Below, piece by piece: positions 1-9,182 of a DNA stretch of 64,000 bases; the stretch's first letter is position 1; each line of letters opens with the position of its first letter. Position numbers and translations under genes: made by a program. The stretch comes from an uncultured bacterium. Its GTDB lineage: Bacteria > Patescibacteriota > Minisyncoccia > Moranbacterales > GWC2-37-73. Under the pieces are notes generated by a model, which worked only from the letters and a program-made list of their open reading frames with translations, searched no databases and had not been told where the DNA came from. Location of the stretch: contig CAISKQ010000060.1 of the NCBI GenBank assembly GCA_903885965.1, positions 21,220 to 85,219 on the forward strand. The letters are read 5' to 3'.

Positions 1-439
1 GAGCATGCACCGCTAGGCGCTTCTCTTCAAGCATCACGCCTGCATGCTGAATTGTGCCATCGGGATATAGCGATTTCGCGCCGACTGCGCCGACTTTTGA
101 ATCGTCAAATTGTTTCACCATCTCATCAAGCTAATTTTCCGAAATGACATCCGTATCATTATTCAAAAACAAGATAAATTCGCCTTTCGCATATTTGACT
201 GCAAAATTATTTATCGCAGAAAAATTAAAAGGCTTTGGATAATCCAATATTTTCACGTTGTCCTTCTCTTTTATTTTGTCCAAATAATCAAACGTAGGAC
301 TTTCATTGCTATTATTGTTTACTAGAATTATTTCATAATTTTCGTATGTTGATTTTTCGGAAATGCCAAAAACACATTTTTTTAACAAATGCGCCCGATC
401 ACGGAATGGGATGATAATAGAAATTCTCTGTTTAGACAT
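1..439 (-). pseudogene. GT2 glycosyltransferase interrupted by an in-frame TAG; runs off the window start
   Basis: ISIIIPFRD and FLNNDT GT2 motifs. After the TAG at 131-133 the frame continues LDEMVKQFDDSKVGAVGAKSLYPDGTIQHAGV, matching NWLDVL...FPDETIQHAGV in the paralog at 2645-3604 (Trp position). Confidence 0.75.
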
Positions 440-467
440 CGTTCTTTTATTTTTTCTATAATTGCTG

Positions 468-2585
468 TTATTTTAAATAAAATTTTAAACAATTATAATA
501 CTTTTTAATAAACTTGTCAGGGGAGGAAAATGCAAATTTAACTTTATTTTTCCATTTTTCAATATCAATACGTCTATTTTGCTTATGAAATTGTACATCT
601 TGACCATATCTTCGAAAAAATTCGTAGTTAATATGTTCTAAATATGTACAAAATCTCCATCTTTCCATTATTTTTTTTGTGTCAAGCTCTTTTTCCATAA
701 GATTGCACAGAAACACTTCCGTTTCTTTGGCGACATTTTCCCAACTATTAAAAGAAGTCATTGAGCCAGTAAGATCATGATGATATTCAATTTCATTTTC
801 AATAATAATCCTGAGTTCTTTAAAATAATCAAAGAAAACAAAGTTATCTTTAAAATCAGGATGCATTTCGAGAAGTTCCCTGCTTATAGCATTATTAAAA
901 ACGATTATTTTTTTATTGTAAGAAAGAGCTTTAATTATTGGAATACCAAATCCCTCATATTGACTTGGAAAAATAAGAAGTTTACATTTTTTATACAAAA
1001 ATTCAACAAAATCTGGAGATAAATTTCCGCTCTTGAAACAATAGGTATTTCTTGCGACATTAATTCCATCCCTCTCAAGCTCATCCTTCCCTATCCCCAA
1101 AATAACAACGTTTGCATTTAATCCTCTAATACCCTCAATGGCTACTGGTATTGACTTGTGCTTAAAATGGTTACCAAGCATTAGAACAAAATCTTCATCT
1201 TTAAACATCTCAATATTATCATCCTTCCTCATATCTATAGCTTTTCTTTCCTTATCAATACCAAGATGTATAGTTTCTATAGGCGTACTAAAGTTAGCTG
1301 TATTAATATTACCAACATATGCCAATGCGTCATACTTGCTAAAATCACTTATTGATATTATTCCATCAGCATACTGAAGTGAATAATTTAATGCAAAATC
1401 TCTCTCATCATTATTAAGATAATTCGATCTCCACGCAATCACGTCAAGCAATGAAAATACCACCCTTAAGGCCAAGCGATTCATCAAAACCAGCTGTTCC
1501 ATTTTAAAAATTTGTGATGGCATAATAGCGATATCAAATCTTTTTTCTATTTTTTTTATGTTTTCATTATAAACAACTCTGTCATATTTTTTTAGCAACC
1601 CATGAAAAAGTACCCCCTGCTCGTTAGACAGAATAGTAATCTCATATTTATCCCCAAATAGTCTAACAAAAGAATTAAGCAGTGATAAACTGTATTCTGA
1701 TGTGCCATTATGCGTCGATGGCAGATTGTATAAATTAAATAAAATTCTCTTTTTTGAATATACGCCACATACAATTTCCGAAAAATAATCAACCGGATTA
1801 ATACCATCAATCAGATATTTCCTAACTGCGTTGAGATATTCGGGGTAGCGACCTTGCAATATTAGCTCATTTTTTTCATTTAAAATCTTTTTTTCAGCAG
1901 ATGTAAAAGATTTGCCTTCAATATGATAAACAAATGCGTGATTAGCCATTGCAATCGAATAACCAAATTTATTTATCCTGCAGCAAAAATCATTTTCTTC
2001 ATTATATCCTTTTCCATATATCTTATCAAATAAACCAAAATTTACTACAAGATTACGACGAATTAGCATACAAAAACCAACGCCTGTTGGAATAATTGAA
2101 AATTGTGGTAATAGTTTTTTCAACTTTTCATGAAAGCCAAGGGATTCATTAATGATATCCATTCTTTCACCATCATATCTAAATGGCACTGATAAAATTG
2201 TTGCGTTATTGCTACGAGGGCAGACAACTCCATGTTTCTCACTCAAATAAAGCACACTGGTCATCTCATCCAAAAAACCCTCCGTTACTTCAGTATCCGA
2301 ATTAAGCAATAAAATATCATTTTCCGTCTTATCAATCTCGAAAACACCCCTATTGCATGTTTTAACAAATCCAAGATTTTTTTTATTCCTAAAGTACTTA
2401 AAATTATCAAAAGTTTTTATTGCATTTTTAATTTTTATCTCTAAATCATCAGCTTCGGAGCTATTATCATTGATCAATATAACTGAATGTTTCTTATTCA
2501 AATATTTTTTTAATGAAGAAAGACACTTTTCAAGTGTCGCCCAATCTTTATAAATAGGTATGATCACTGTAACATTTTTTTTCAT
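468..2585 (-). CDS. Bifunctional GT2 + GT4 glycosyltransferase
   Basis: N-terminal VIIPIY/LLNSDT/EENDFC GT2 motifs; C-terminal FPSQYEGFGIPIIKA GT4 motif. Confidence 0.9.
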   Translation of the reverse strand: MKKNVTVIIPIYKDWATLEKCLSSLKKYLNKKHSVILINDNSSEADDLEIKIKNAIKTFDNFKYFRNKKNLGFVKTCNRGVFEIDKTENDILLLNSDTEVTEGFLDEMTSVLYLSEKHGVVCPRSNNATILSVPFRYDGERMDIINESLGFHEKLKKLLPQFSIIPTGVGFCMLIRRNLVVNFGLFDKIYGKGYNEENDFCCRINKFGYSIAMANHAFVYHIEGKSFTSAEKKILNEKNELILQGRYPEYLNAVRKYLIDGINPVDYFSEIVCGVYSKKRILFNLYNLPSTHNGTSEYSLSLLNSFVRLFGDKYEITILSNEQGVLFHGLLKKYDRVVYNENIKKIEKRFDIAIMPSQIFKMEQLVLMNRLALRVVFSLLDVIAWRSNYLNNDERDFALNYSLQYADGIISISDFSKYDALAYVGNINTANFSTPIETIHLGIDKERKAIDMRKDDNIEMFKDEDFVLMLGNHFKHKSIPVAIEGIRGLNANVVILGIGKDELERDGINVARNTYCFKSGNLSPDFVEFLYKKCKLLIFPSQYEGFGIPIIKALSYNKKIIVFNNAISRELLEMHPDFKDNFVFFDYFKELRIIIENEIEYHHDLTGSMTSFNSWENVAKETEVFLCNLMEKELDTKKIMERWRFCTYLEHINYEFFRRYGQDVQFHKQNRRIDIEKWKNKVKFAFSSPDKFIKKYYNCLKFYLK

Positions 2586-2644
2586 ACATTATTGAAAAAT
2601 ATAATATTAAGGCTTAATTCCACGTGACGCTGCTGCGAAGAGAT

Positions 2645-3604
2645 TTATTTTAAATATTTTTTTATTTTTAAGTATTCAGTTCTTAATTTCCAAAATTTTG
2701 AAGATTTTACAAATTCAAATTCCTCATTCTTTTTTCTGAATTCTTCGTCTTTTTCTAGAAGTTTATTTTTCAAATTTTGAATTTCATTTTTTTGATTTCT
2801 AATTAGTAAAAATTCACTCTGTGTTTCATCTTCCTTTCTGTATAAATAATCATCTTGCTTAACCGTATTGCTCCATTTTTGCAAAAAAAGCTCTCGATTT
2901 TCTTTGTGCTTGTCACCCCTCCCCTCTGAAATGCTTTCGTAGTGATAGACGACGCTTTCAGGGCAATACATGATGTCACTTCCAAGTTCTCTGATTTTAA
3001 GACACAAATCAATATCCTCATATCCATTCAGAAAGTTTTCATCAAATCCGCCAACTTTGTCAAAAATTTCTTTGCGCACCAACATGCAAGCCGCCGTCAG
3101 CGCGTTGAACTTCCTTTTTTTATTCACATAATGCTTCTCTTTTATTTCTCTCGCATAAATGTGATATGGAATTTTATCCTCCCCAAAAACAACTCCCGCG
3201 TGTTGAATTGTTTCATCGGGAAAAAGGAGCTTGCTCCCAGCAATCGCAACTTCAATATTTGTTTCAAGTTCTTCAACTAAAACATCCAGCCAATTTTTAG
3301 TAACAACGGTATCATTATTCAAAAATAATAAGAATTCACCGCTTGCCACAGAAGCACCGACATTACAAGCCCTGGAAAATCCTAGATTCTTATCGCTATG
3401 AATTGTGATAATTTTTTTACCTAAACTATCCAAATAACCCCTTGTCCCATCGGATGATGCGTTATCGACGACAATGATTTCAAAAGTATATTTTGATCCA
3501 AATTTAAAAATACTTTCCAAACATTTTTGAGTATACTCCAATCTATTAAATACAGGTATAATTATACTTACTATCATAGAATATTGATTAAATAAGGATG
3601 GCAT
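2645..3604 (-). CDS. GT2 glycosyltransferase with C-terminal coiled coil
   Basis: SIIIPVFN, FLNNDT, YEDIDLC motifs; C-terminal SSKFWKLR tail. Confidence 0.9.
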   Translation of the reverse strand: MPSLFNQYSMIVSIIIPVFNRLEYTQKCLESIFKFGSKYTFEIIVVDNASSDGTRGYLDSLGKKIITIHSDKNLGFSRACNVGASVASGEFLLFLNNDTVVTKNWLDVLVEELETNIEVAIAGSKLLFPDETIQHAGVVFGEDKIPYHIYAREIKEKHYVNKKRKFNALTAACMLVRKEIFDKVGGFDENFLNGYEDIDLCLKIRELGSDIMYCPESVVYHYESISEGRGDKHKENRELFLQKWSNTVKQDDYLYRKEDETQSEFLLIRNQKNEIQNLKNKLLEKDEEFRKKNEEFEFVKSSKFWKLRTEYLKIKKYLK

Positions 3605-3629
3605 TTAAAATTATCAACATTAAAATAAA

Positions 3630-4988
3630 CTACTTTCTCCATATATGTTCTAACTTTATAATTCCATATTGATTTTTTTCATTCGATATTATTTTAAAAA
3701 CATATTCTCTATTTTTATAATCAAAATGAGTTGTTTCTTTATATTTTTCGTAAAGCGAAACCGATAGTTGATAAGATCCGCTGAATAATTTAATACTCAG
3801 CATCACAAAATCAACAAATCCATCTCCGTAAATATTGTTAATATCATATCTGGATGTTTCAGTGTTTGGCCCTGAAATATGAATGCCGTCTTGAGTATGA
3901 ATTGCGACACCAAAAACAGGGTTTTCTATTTTCTTTTTTGCATTGTAATGTATCCTCGCCACAATATCATCTCCTGACTCAAAAACATTTTTTTCTTTTC
4001 CATCTTTATCCAAAAATTCCACTTTTGTGATTTCTGCAATTTTATTTTTTCTTTCCTCCTCCTGTGTTGCTTTTTCTTCTTCAATTCTTCTTTTTTCCTC
4101 CTCCAAGTCCTTTCCTTTCAATTTTTTCATTTCTTTTTGAACTCGCATATCTTCTTGTTTCTGCTCCTTTTCTATTCTCCTTTCTTCATCTGACATGTTC
4201 TGATAAATATATTCGTTTCCGACTTCCTCAGGATCGCCAATTTTCACAATTTTGCCACTTCGAAGCAACATCGCCCGGTCGCAATAGCGCTGCACCACAG
4301 CGATGTCATGTGTGACAATAACAACAGTTCGCCCCATCTCCCGATATTTATTAAACTCCTCCAAACATTTTGATTGAAAATTTGAGTCACCCACTGCCAA
4401 GACTTCATCCATCAGCAAAATTTCGCGATTAGCGTGAATAGAAACCGAAAATGCAAGACGCACTTGCATTCCAGAGGAATAATTCTTGAGTTTTTGATCA
4501 ATAAATCTTTCCAATTCTGAAAAAGCCACAATAGCATCAAATTTTTTGTCGATTTCTTTTTTGGTCAGGCCCAGAACCGTGGCGTTGAGATACACATTGT
4601 CTCGACCAGAAAGTTCAGGATTAAAACCAATTCCCAATTCTAAAAATGGAGAAATTCGCCCTTTGATTTCAATCTTCTTCTCGGCTTTCCGAAGGTTCAA
4701 CCTTCGGTGTTCCGAAGGTTCAACCTTCGGATGCGCATCAGCGTCTGGTTGATAAATCCCAGCCAAAATTTTCAGTAATGTCGATTTGCCGCTTCCATTT
4801 CGCCCAATGATCCCAAAAAATTCCCCTTTTTTCACCTCAAAAGAAACGTCGTCAAGGGCTTTGAATTCTTCGAAGCCTCCACTTTTAAAAACACTCGTAA
4901 CCGCTCCTCTGAGAGAGGAGATTTTTTCATGCGGAATCCTAAATGTTTTTGAAACATTCTTTACGCTAATTGCAATATTATCTTCCAT
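3630..4988 (-). CDS. wzt: Polysaccharide ABC exporter ATP-binding subunit with C-terminal carbohydrate-binding domain
   Basis: [32 protein letters not shown]; C-terminal Wzt_C-like beta domain. Confidence 0.93.
   Translation of the reverse strand: MEDNIAISVKNVSKTFRIPHEKISSLRGAVTSVFKSGGFEEFKALDDVSFEVKKGEFFGIIGRNGSGKSTLLKILAGIYQPDADAHPKVEPSEHRRLNLRKAEKKIEIKGRISPFLELGIGFNPELSGRDNVYLNATVLGLTKKEIDKKFDAIVAFSELERFIDQKLKNYSSGMQVRLAFSVSIHANREILLMDEVLAVGDSNFQSKCLEEFNKYREMGRTVVIVTHDIAVVQRYCDRAMLLRSGKIVKIGDPEEVGNEYIYQNMSDEERRIEKEQKQEDMRVQKEMKKLKGKDLEEEKRRIEEEKATQEEERKNKIAEITKVEFLDKDGKEKNVFESGDDIVARIHYNAKKKIENPVFGVAIHTQDGIHISGPNTETSRYDINNIYGDGFVDFVMLSIKLFSGSYQLSVSLYEKYKETTHFDYKNREYVFKIISNEKNQYGIIKLEHIWRK
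4688..4730. repeat. Tandem palindrome TCCGAAGGTTCAACCTTCGG (2 copies, 23-bp period) inserted in frame in wzt
   Basis: Seen directly; encodes [16 protein letters not shown] single copy sits at 6602-6621. Confidence 0.9.
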
Positions 4989-5051
4989 CCTTCTTTATAT
5001 TTTATATAGTATCTTATATGGAATTAACTTGATCCATATTAGTTTACCTCC

Positions 5052-5083
5052 GAGCTAAGCTCCTGAGTACAGGAGCTTAGCTC
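5052..5083. repeat. Palindrome GAGCTAAGCTCCTG-agta-CAGGAGCTTAGCTC
   Basis: Perfect 14-bp inverted repeat upstream of wzt. Confidence 0.8.
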
Positions 5084-5153
5084 CATCCCAATATACTACT
5101 AATTTAGTTAAGTTGGTATCTTATATGGTACTTCACATCTATCCTCATCCATC

Positions 5154-6258
5154 ATTCCAAAACTCGACGACCGCATAGTTTTGGTATCATTGATTTTTTA
5201 CGCAAAATAGCAACCCGCTATAACAAACTTCTGTTTTTTTCTCCCCTTTTCCCGCATAAATAAGAACAAGTCAACCCCATTAGGAATTCTTTTTATAAAT
5301 CAATACTATCATTATACCACCAAAAATGCAACGCGCATTTAACCCAAAATCAAGTTGAATAGCCCCTCCTTTGGTTATTACATGCGAGCGGCAATAATAC
5401 TAAATTTTTACCCCAATTTTATTATTCCAAAACACGACGACCGCATAGTTTTGGCATAATGGAAAATATCGGTAAATTCACATAGCTTATCCACATCAGA
5501 TGTTTAGATTAAGCTTAATATCTGATTATTCCAAAACACGACGACCGCATATTTTTGGTATAATGGGGTATCTTACCCCACTTAAAACAACGCTCCTAAC
5601 GTCAAAGGCTTAATACAATTTGAATTTTAGTTTGAGCTCTTCCCCATTAGAGATGTTTACAACCTCGCCATAGCGAACAAGATTTCGAAGTTGAAAATAT
5701 TCCGTGATGAAATTAATTTCATCCAAACAAGGAAAAGGATGGATAAAAACAGATTTTTGAATTTCTTTAAAGCCAAGCTCTTTCAGTTTTTCCCGAAGAA
5801 CATTCCGCTCCGATCTTCTTTTCTCAGGAATATCAAACATCACAAGCCGCCATCGATTATCCCATTTCAAGGGTTTAGGAATCTTAATAGCATCTATTTT
5901 AAATTCAAGTGTTTTTAGCTTTCCTTTTTCCGTTAGCACAATTTTAGTAGTTCCATTTTCTTGTTCAAGATAATCCACCAAGCGTTCTTGCTTAAATTCT
6001 TTTACAGCCCGGTATAGATATTGCTTATTTATCTCGTGCCAATCGCGCTTGAGCGTTTTGAAAACATTCTTTTGCGACCTTGGATTATTTGCAAGTCCAA
6101 GAGCCACTCCTCCTGCAAGAAGAAGTAGTATCTTTCTTTTAATTGGGCTCCTTATTTCTTTCACCTTATTTACAATGAATTTATTTTTGTCTTTTTATTA
6201 TTCTTATTGAAATCCTCATTATACCAAAACAAGACGACCGCATAGTTTTGGTATAATG
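5154..6258. repeat. Four direct copies of a ~40-bp hairpin repeat (5154-5187, 5421-5461, 5525-5565, 6217-6258)
   Basis: Consensus ATTAT(t/a)CCAAAAC-acGACGACCGCATA-GTTTTGGTATAATG, seen directly. Confidence 0.92.
5610..6164 (-). CDS. PaaX-like protein (wHTH plus Cas2-like ferredoxin domain), CPR type
   Basis: LTEKG wing motif followed by WDNRWRLVMFDIPE...LGFKEIQKSVFIHP; GTG start. Confidence 0.8.
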   Translation of the reverse strand: MKEIRSPIKRKILLLLAGGVALGLANNPRSQKNVFKTLKRDWHEINKQYLYRAVKEFKQERLVDYLEQENGTTKIVLTEKGKLKTLEFKIDAIKIPKPLKWDNRWRLVMFDIPEKRRSERNVLREKLKELGFKEIQKSVFIHPFPCLDEINFITEYFQLRNLVRYGEVVNISNGEELKLKFKLY

Positions 6259-6281
6259 CTTGCTAAATATTTTCTGCAATC

Positions 6282-6882
6282 TTTGCTTTGAAAATTACTA
6301 TCTCCCACTGCCAAAACCTCATCCATGAGCAGAATCTCGCGGTTGGCGTGAATCGAAACCGAAAACGCGAGACGAACTTGCATGCCGGAAGAATAATTCT
6401 TGAGTTTTTAATCAATGAACCTTTCTAATTCTGAAAAAGCCACAATGGAATCAAACTTTTCATCAATCTCTTTTTTCGTCAGCCCCAAAACCGTCGCATT
6501 AAGATAGACATTATCGCGCCCAGAAAGTTCCGGATTAAAACCAATCCCCAATTCCAAAAACGGGGAAATTCGCCCGTTGATCTCAATCTTTTTCTCGGCT
6601 TTCCGAAGGTTCAACCTTCGGGGATACGTCTTCGTCAGCCTGATAAATCCCCGCCAAAATTTTCAGCAAAGTGCTTTTTCCGCTTCCATTTCTCCCAATG
6701 ATCCCAAAAAATTCTCCTTTTTTCACCTCAAAAGAAACGTCATCAAGAGCTTTAAATTCTTCGTAACCTTTGTTTCGCTTGAACACGCTCACTGCTGCAC
6801 CGCGAAGAGAACTCACCTTTTCGTGAGGAATGCGGAAAGTCTTGGAGACGTGAGAGACTTTAATTGCGATATTATCTTCCAT
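6282..6882 (-). pseudogene. wzt: Truncated, frameshifted second copy of wzt
   Basis: Near-identical protein to the N-terminus of 3630-4988. Frameshift at ~6600-6620, CAA>TAA at 6408-6410, homology ends at GDSNFQSK (~6282). Confidence 0.9.
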
Positions 6883-6944
6883 CTATTTATTTTTCAATAT
6901 TTTTCCAGCATATTATACTGATTCATCACTGTTTTTTCATATAG

Positions 6945-8171
6945 CTACAATGACCAAGGATACAGATATTCCTTATTGAGAATATCACCCTCTAATGATA
7001 CTAGGTTATATTTTTTTATATTATACTTTTCTTGAAAATATCTCACTGCCGAAGGATTAAATTTATTAAAGTTAATCTTTGCCTCAATTGGCAAAAATGA
7101 ATTATTTTTTCGCAAAATAAAATCTATCTCTTTCTTATCTTTTGTTCTCCAATAAAGCACATTATCTTTACCATATTTTTTTACCAATTCTGAAAAAATT
7201 CCAGTTTCAAAAACATTTCCAATGATTTCTTTTTGCAAATTCTTGAGCCACAACATCTGCATAAGACCAGTATCATAAAAAAGTATTTTTGGAGTCTTAA
7301 ACAATTCAGATCTGATATTTCCACTATATGGATGCACGAGTTTTATTATATAGGTATTTTCCATAATAAAAAGGTATCTCTCAACTGTTGGCTTGGCTAT
7401 CTTGCATGTGTTTGACAATTCAGTGACATTTAAAAGATTGCCACTCTGTGAGGCCAAAACCTCCAACAATTTGTTAAATTTGTCTATATCCTTTATTTCA
7501 GCAAGATCCCTTATATCCTTACGCACATAGGTATCAATAATTTGTTGTAAATATTTTTCCTTTTTTTCTCTTTCCCTTGTCAAGACAATTTTTGGATATC
7601 CACCAAAAAGAATGTATTCCTTGAAAAGTTTTTTCAACTCATCTATTTTCTTTTGAGTAAAAACTTTTCCTTTTTCAAAAGGATACCCCTTAAATAATAG
7701 GAATTCAGTAAAGGATAAGCTAAAAATTTCAAAATTAACAGTTCTTCCAACCAATGAATCGCTAAATTTATTTTTTATTTCGAAACTAGAAGACCCTGAA
7801 ACCACAAGCTTTATATTCTTATGATGATCTGAAATTAATTTTAAAAAAGACGATGGATGTTGCAGATATTGAATTTCATCAATAAAAACATACAATTTTT
7901 TATTGCTAGTGGCACTCTTCTTTGCCTTATTTAATAATCCCTCTTCAGCAAGAAGGTCAATAAAGCTTTCAACTCCGGAATCAATAATAGCCACATATCT
8001 AGAATCTTCAAGGTCTATATAGAAAACTTGCTTTTTCTCTCTTTCTAGCATCTCTTTGAAATAATATAGTATGTGCGTCTTACCCACCTGTCTTGCCCCA
8101 TGCAAAACCACAATATCATCAGTATTGAGATATTTGCTTATTTCTGACGTTATTTCCCTCTTATAAAGCAT
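6945..8171 (-). CDS. AAA+ ATPase (AAA_14 + DUF4143)
   Basis: GARQVGKT, FIDEIQ, SGSSS, GGYP, K.LFYDTG, YWRTKDKKEIDF..IEAK. Confidence 0.9.
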   Translation of the reverse strand: MLYKREITSEISKYLNTDDIVVLHGARQVGKTHILYYFKEMLEREKKQVFYIDLEDSRYVAIIDSGVESFIDLLAEEGLLNKAKKSATSNKKLYVFIDEIQYLQHPSSFLKLISDHHKNIKLVVSGSSSFEIKNKFSDSLVGRTVNFEIFSLSFTEFLLFKGYPFEKGKVFTQKKIDELKKLFKEYILFGGYPKIVLTREREKKEKYLQQIIDTYVRKDIRDLAEIKDIDKFNKLLEVLASQSGNLLNVTELSNTCKIAKPTVERYLFIMENTYIIKLVHPYSGNIRSELFKTPKILFYDTGLMQMLWLKNLQKEIIGNVFETGIFSELVKKYGKDNVLYWRTKDKKEIDFILRKNNSFLPIEAKINFNKFNPSAVRYFQEKYNIKKYNLVSLEGDILNKEYLYPWSL

Positions 8172-8201
8172 TTTTTTAGATTTATTGCTACTTATACTAT
8201 A

Positions 8202-8243
8202 ATTATAGTCGAACTTAAATCTATGTCAAGTGTAATTTAAGTT
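8202..8243 (-). promoter_or_regulatory. Sigma70 promoter TTGACA-16-TATAAT with an inverted-repeat operator around the -35
   Basis: -35 at 8224-8229, -10 at 8202-8207; AACTTAAAT (8212-8220) / ATTTAAGTT (8235-8243). Confidence 0.7.
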
Positions 8244-8278
8244 TGATGCCAGAAGAATAAACAGTTATTAAACTTCTT

Positions 8279-8433
8279 GTTTTTGAGTTTCTGATCAATG
8301 AAACGCTCAAGTTCCGAAAAAACCACGATACCCCTAAGAGAACTCACCTTTTCGTGAGCTTGTCTGCCGCCGAGGCAGGGATTTTGAAAGTCTTTAAGAC
8401 GTTTTTAACTGAAATAGCGATATCTTCATCCAT
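8279..8433 (-). pseudogene. wzt: Third, heavily deleted wzt 5' remnant
   Basis: MDEDIAISVKNVLKTFKIP, then a 20-bp insert, then HEKVSSLRG joined directly to IVVFSELERFIDQKLKN. Confidence 0.85.
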
Positions 8434-8638
8434 TTCTCTATTATAAAGGATTTTATTGATAAATTCAACTCTTTTCCACATTTCATTTTTCTCCACCCAA
8501 GGCGGACAGGCGCAAAAAGAAACCTGGAGGAAACCTGCATGTCGGCAGATAGGGAAAACTCTCGCACCGATTATCACATTACGAGTTATCTTACTGATAA
8601 TTTCAATATTTTAGACATTTTATTTTTAAATGGAAATG

Positions 8639-8667
8639 AAAAGAGGACTGTTTTTAGCAGTCCTCTG
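8639..8667 (-). terminator. Intrinsic terminator
   Basis: AGAGGACTG/CAGTCCTCT stem with a T run on the minus strand, downstream of the 8692 ORF. Confidence 0.65.
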
Positions 8668-8691
8668 TGGTTGAAGATATTGTGAAATTTT

Positions 8692-9108
8692 TCATGCTTG
8701 CAGCCATTCGTCAGTGCCTCTTGGGGCAAATTTGACCGACACACCGAGTTCCCGCAATGCATCCTTATGCCAAATGATACTGCTCCTTATTTCAATCCTA
8801 TCTTCTGGCGAAAATGCATCATTGTTAAGCAAGATTAGCTTAAACTTCGGAACGTTTAGCGGAAGCCTTTCCATCTTATCCTGAAATTCTTCATATGAAA
8901 TCTTTGAGAATCCGACAACATTAGAATAAAAATCAGGGATTTCCGATTTTTGTCTTCTGGACGTCATGATTATATCTTCAAAAAATTTGCCAGCAGCTTT
9001 GAGAAAATTTTGATATTGATTGAAGGTAGATATGAGATATTTCCAATATTCCAAAACTTCTTTTTGCAATTTTAAGCTATTCTTCAGATTAACTCTTCTT
9101 GTCAACAT
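8692..9108 (-). CDS. Hypothetical protein
   Basis: ORF with a GGGAG SD before the ATG at 9108, followed by a terminator. Confidence 0.55.
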   Translation of the reverse strand: MLTRRVNLKNSLKLQKEVLEYWKYLISTFNQYQNFLKAAGKFFEDIIMTSRRQKSEIPDFYSNVVGFSKISYEEFQDKMERLPLNVPKFKLILLNNDAFSPEDRIEIRSSIIWHKDALRELGVSVKFAPRGTDEWLQA

Positions 9109-9182
9109 AACAAACTCCCATCGCAATACGCGGAATTTTCCGCAATTAAAAAAACTCCAAACACTCGCAAAACAATACCACA

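Noticed and set aside
5154-6258. CRISPR array with cas2
   Set aside because: Spacing is irregular (about 270, 104 and 693 bp period), a gene lies between repeats, there is no cas1 or effector, and the protein is the PaaX-like type.
3630-6882. wzt copies as a DGR template/variable pair
   Set aside because: Differences are mostly synonymous and involve all bases, not only adenines.
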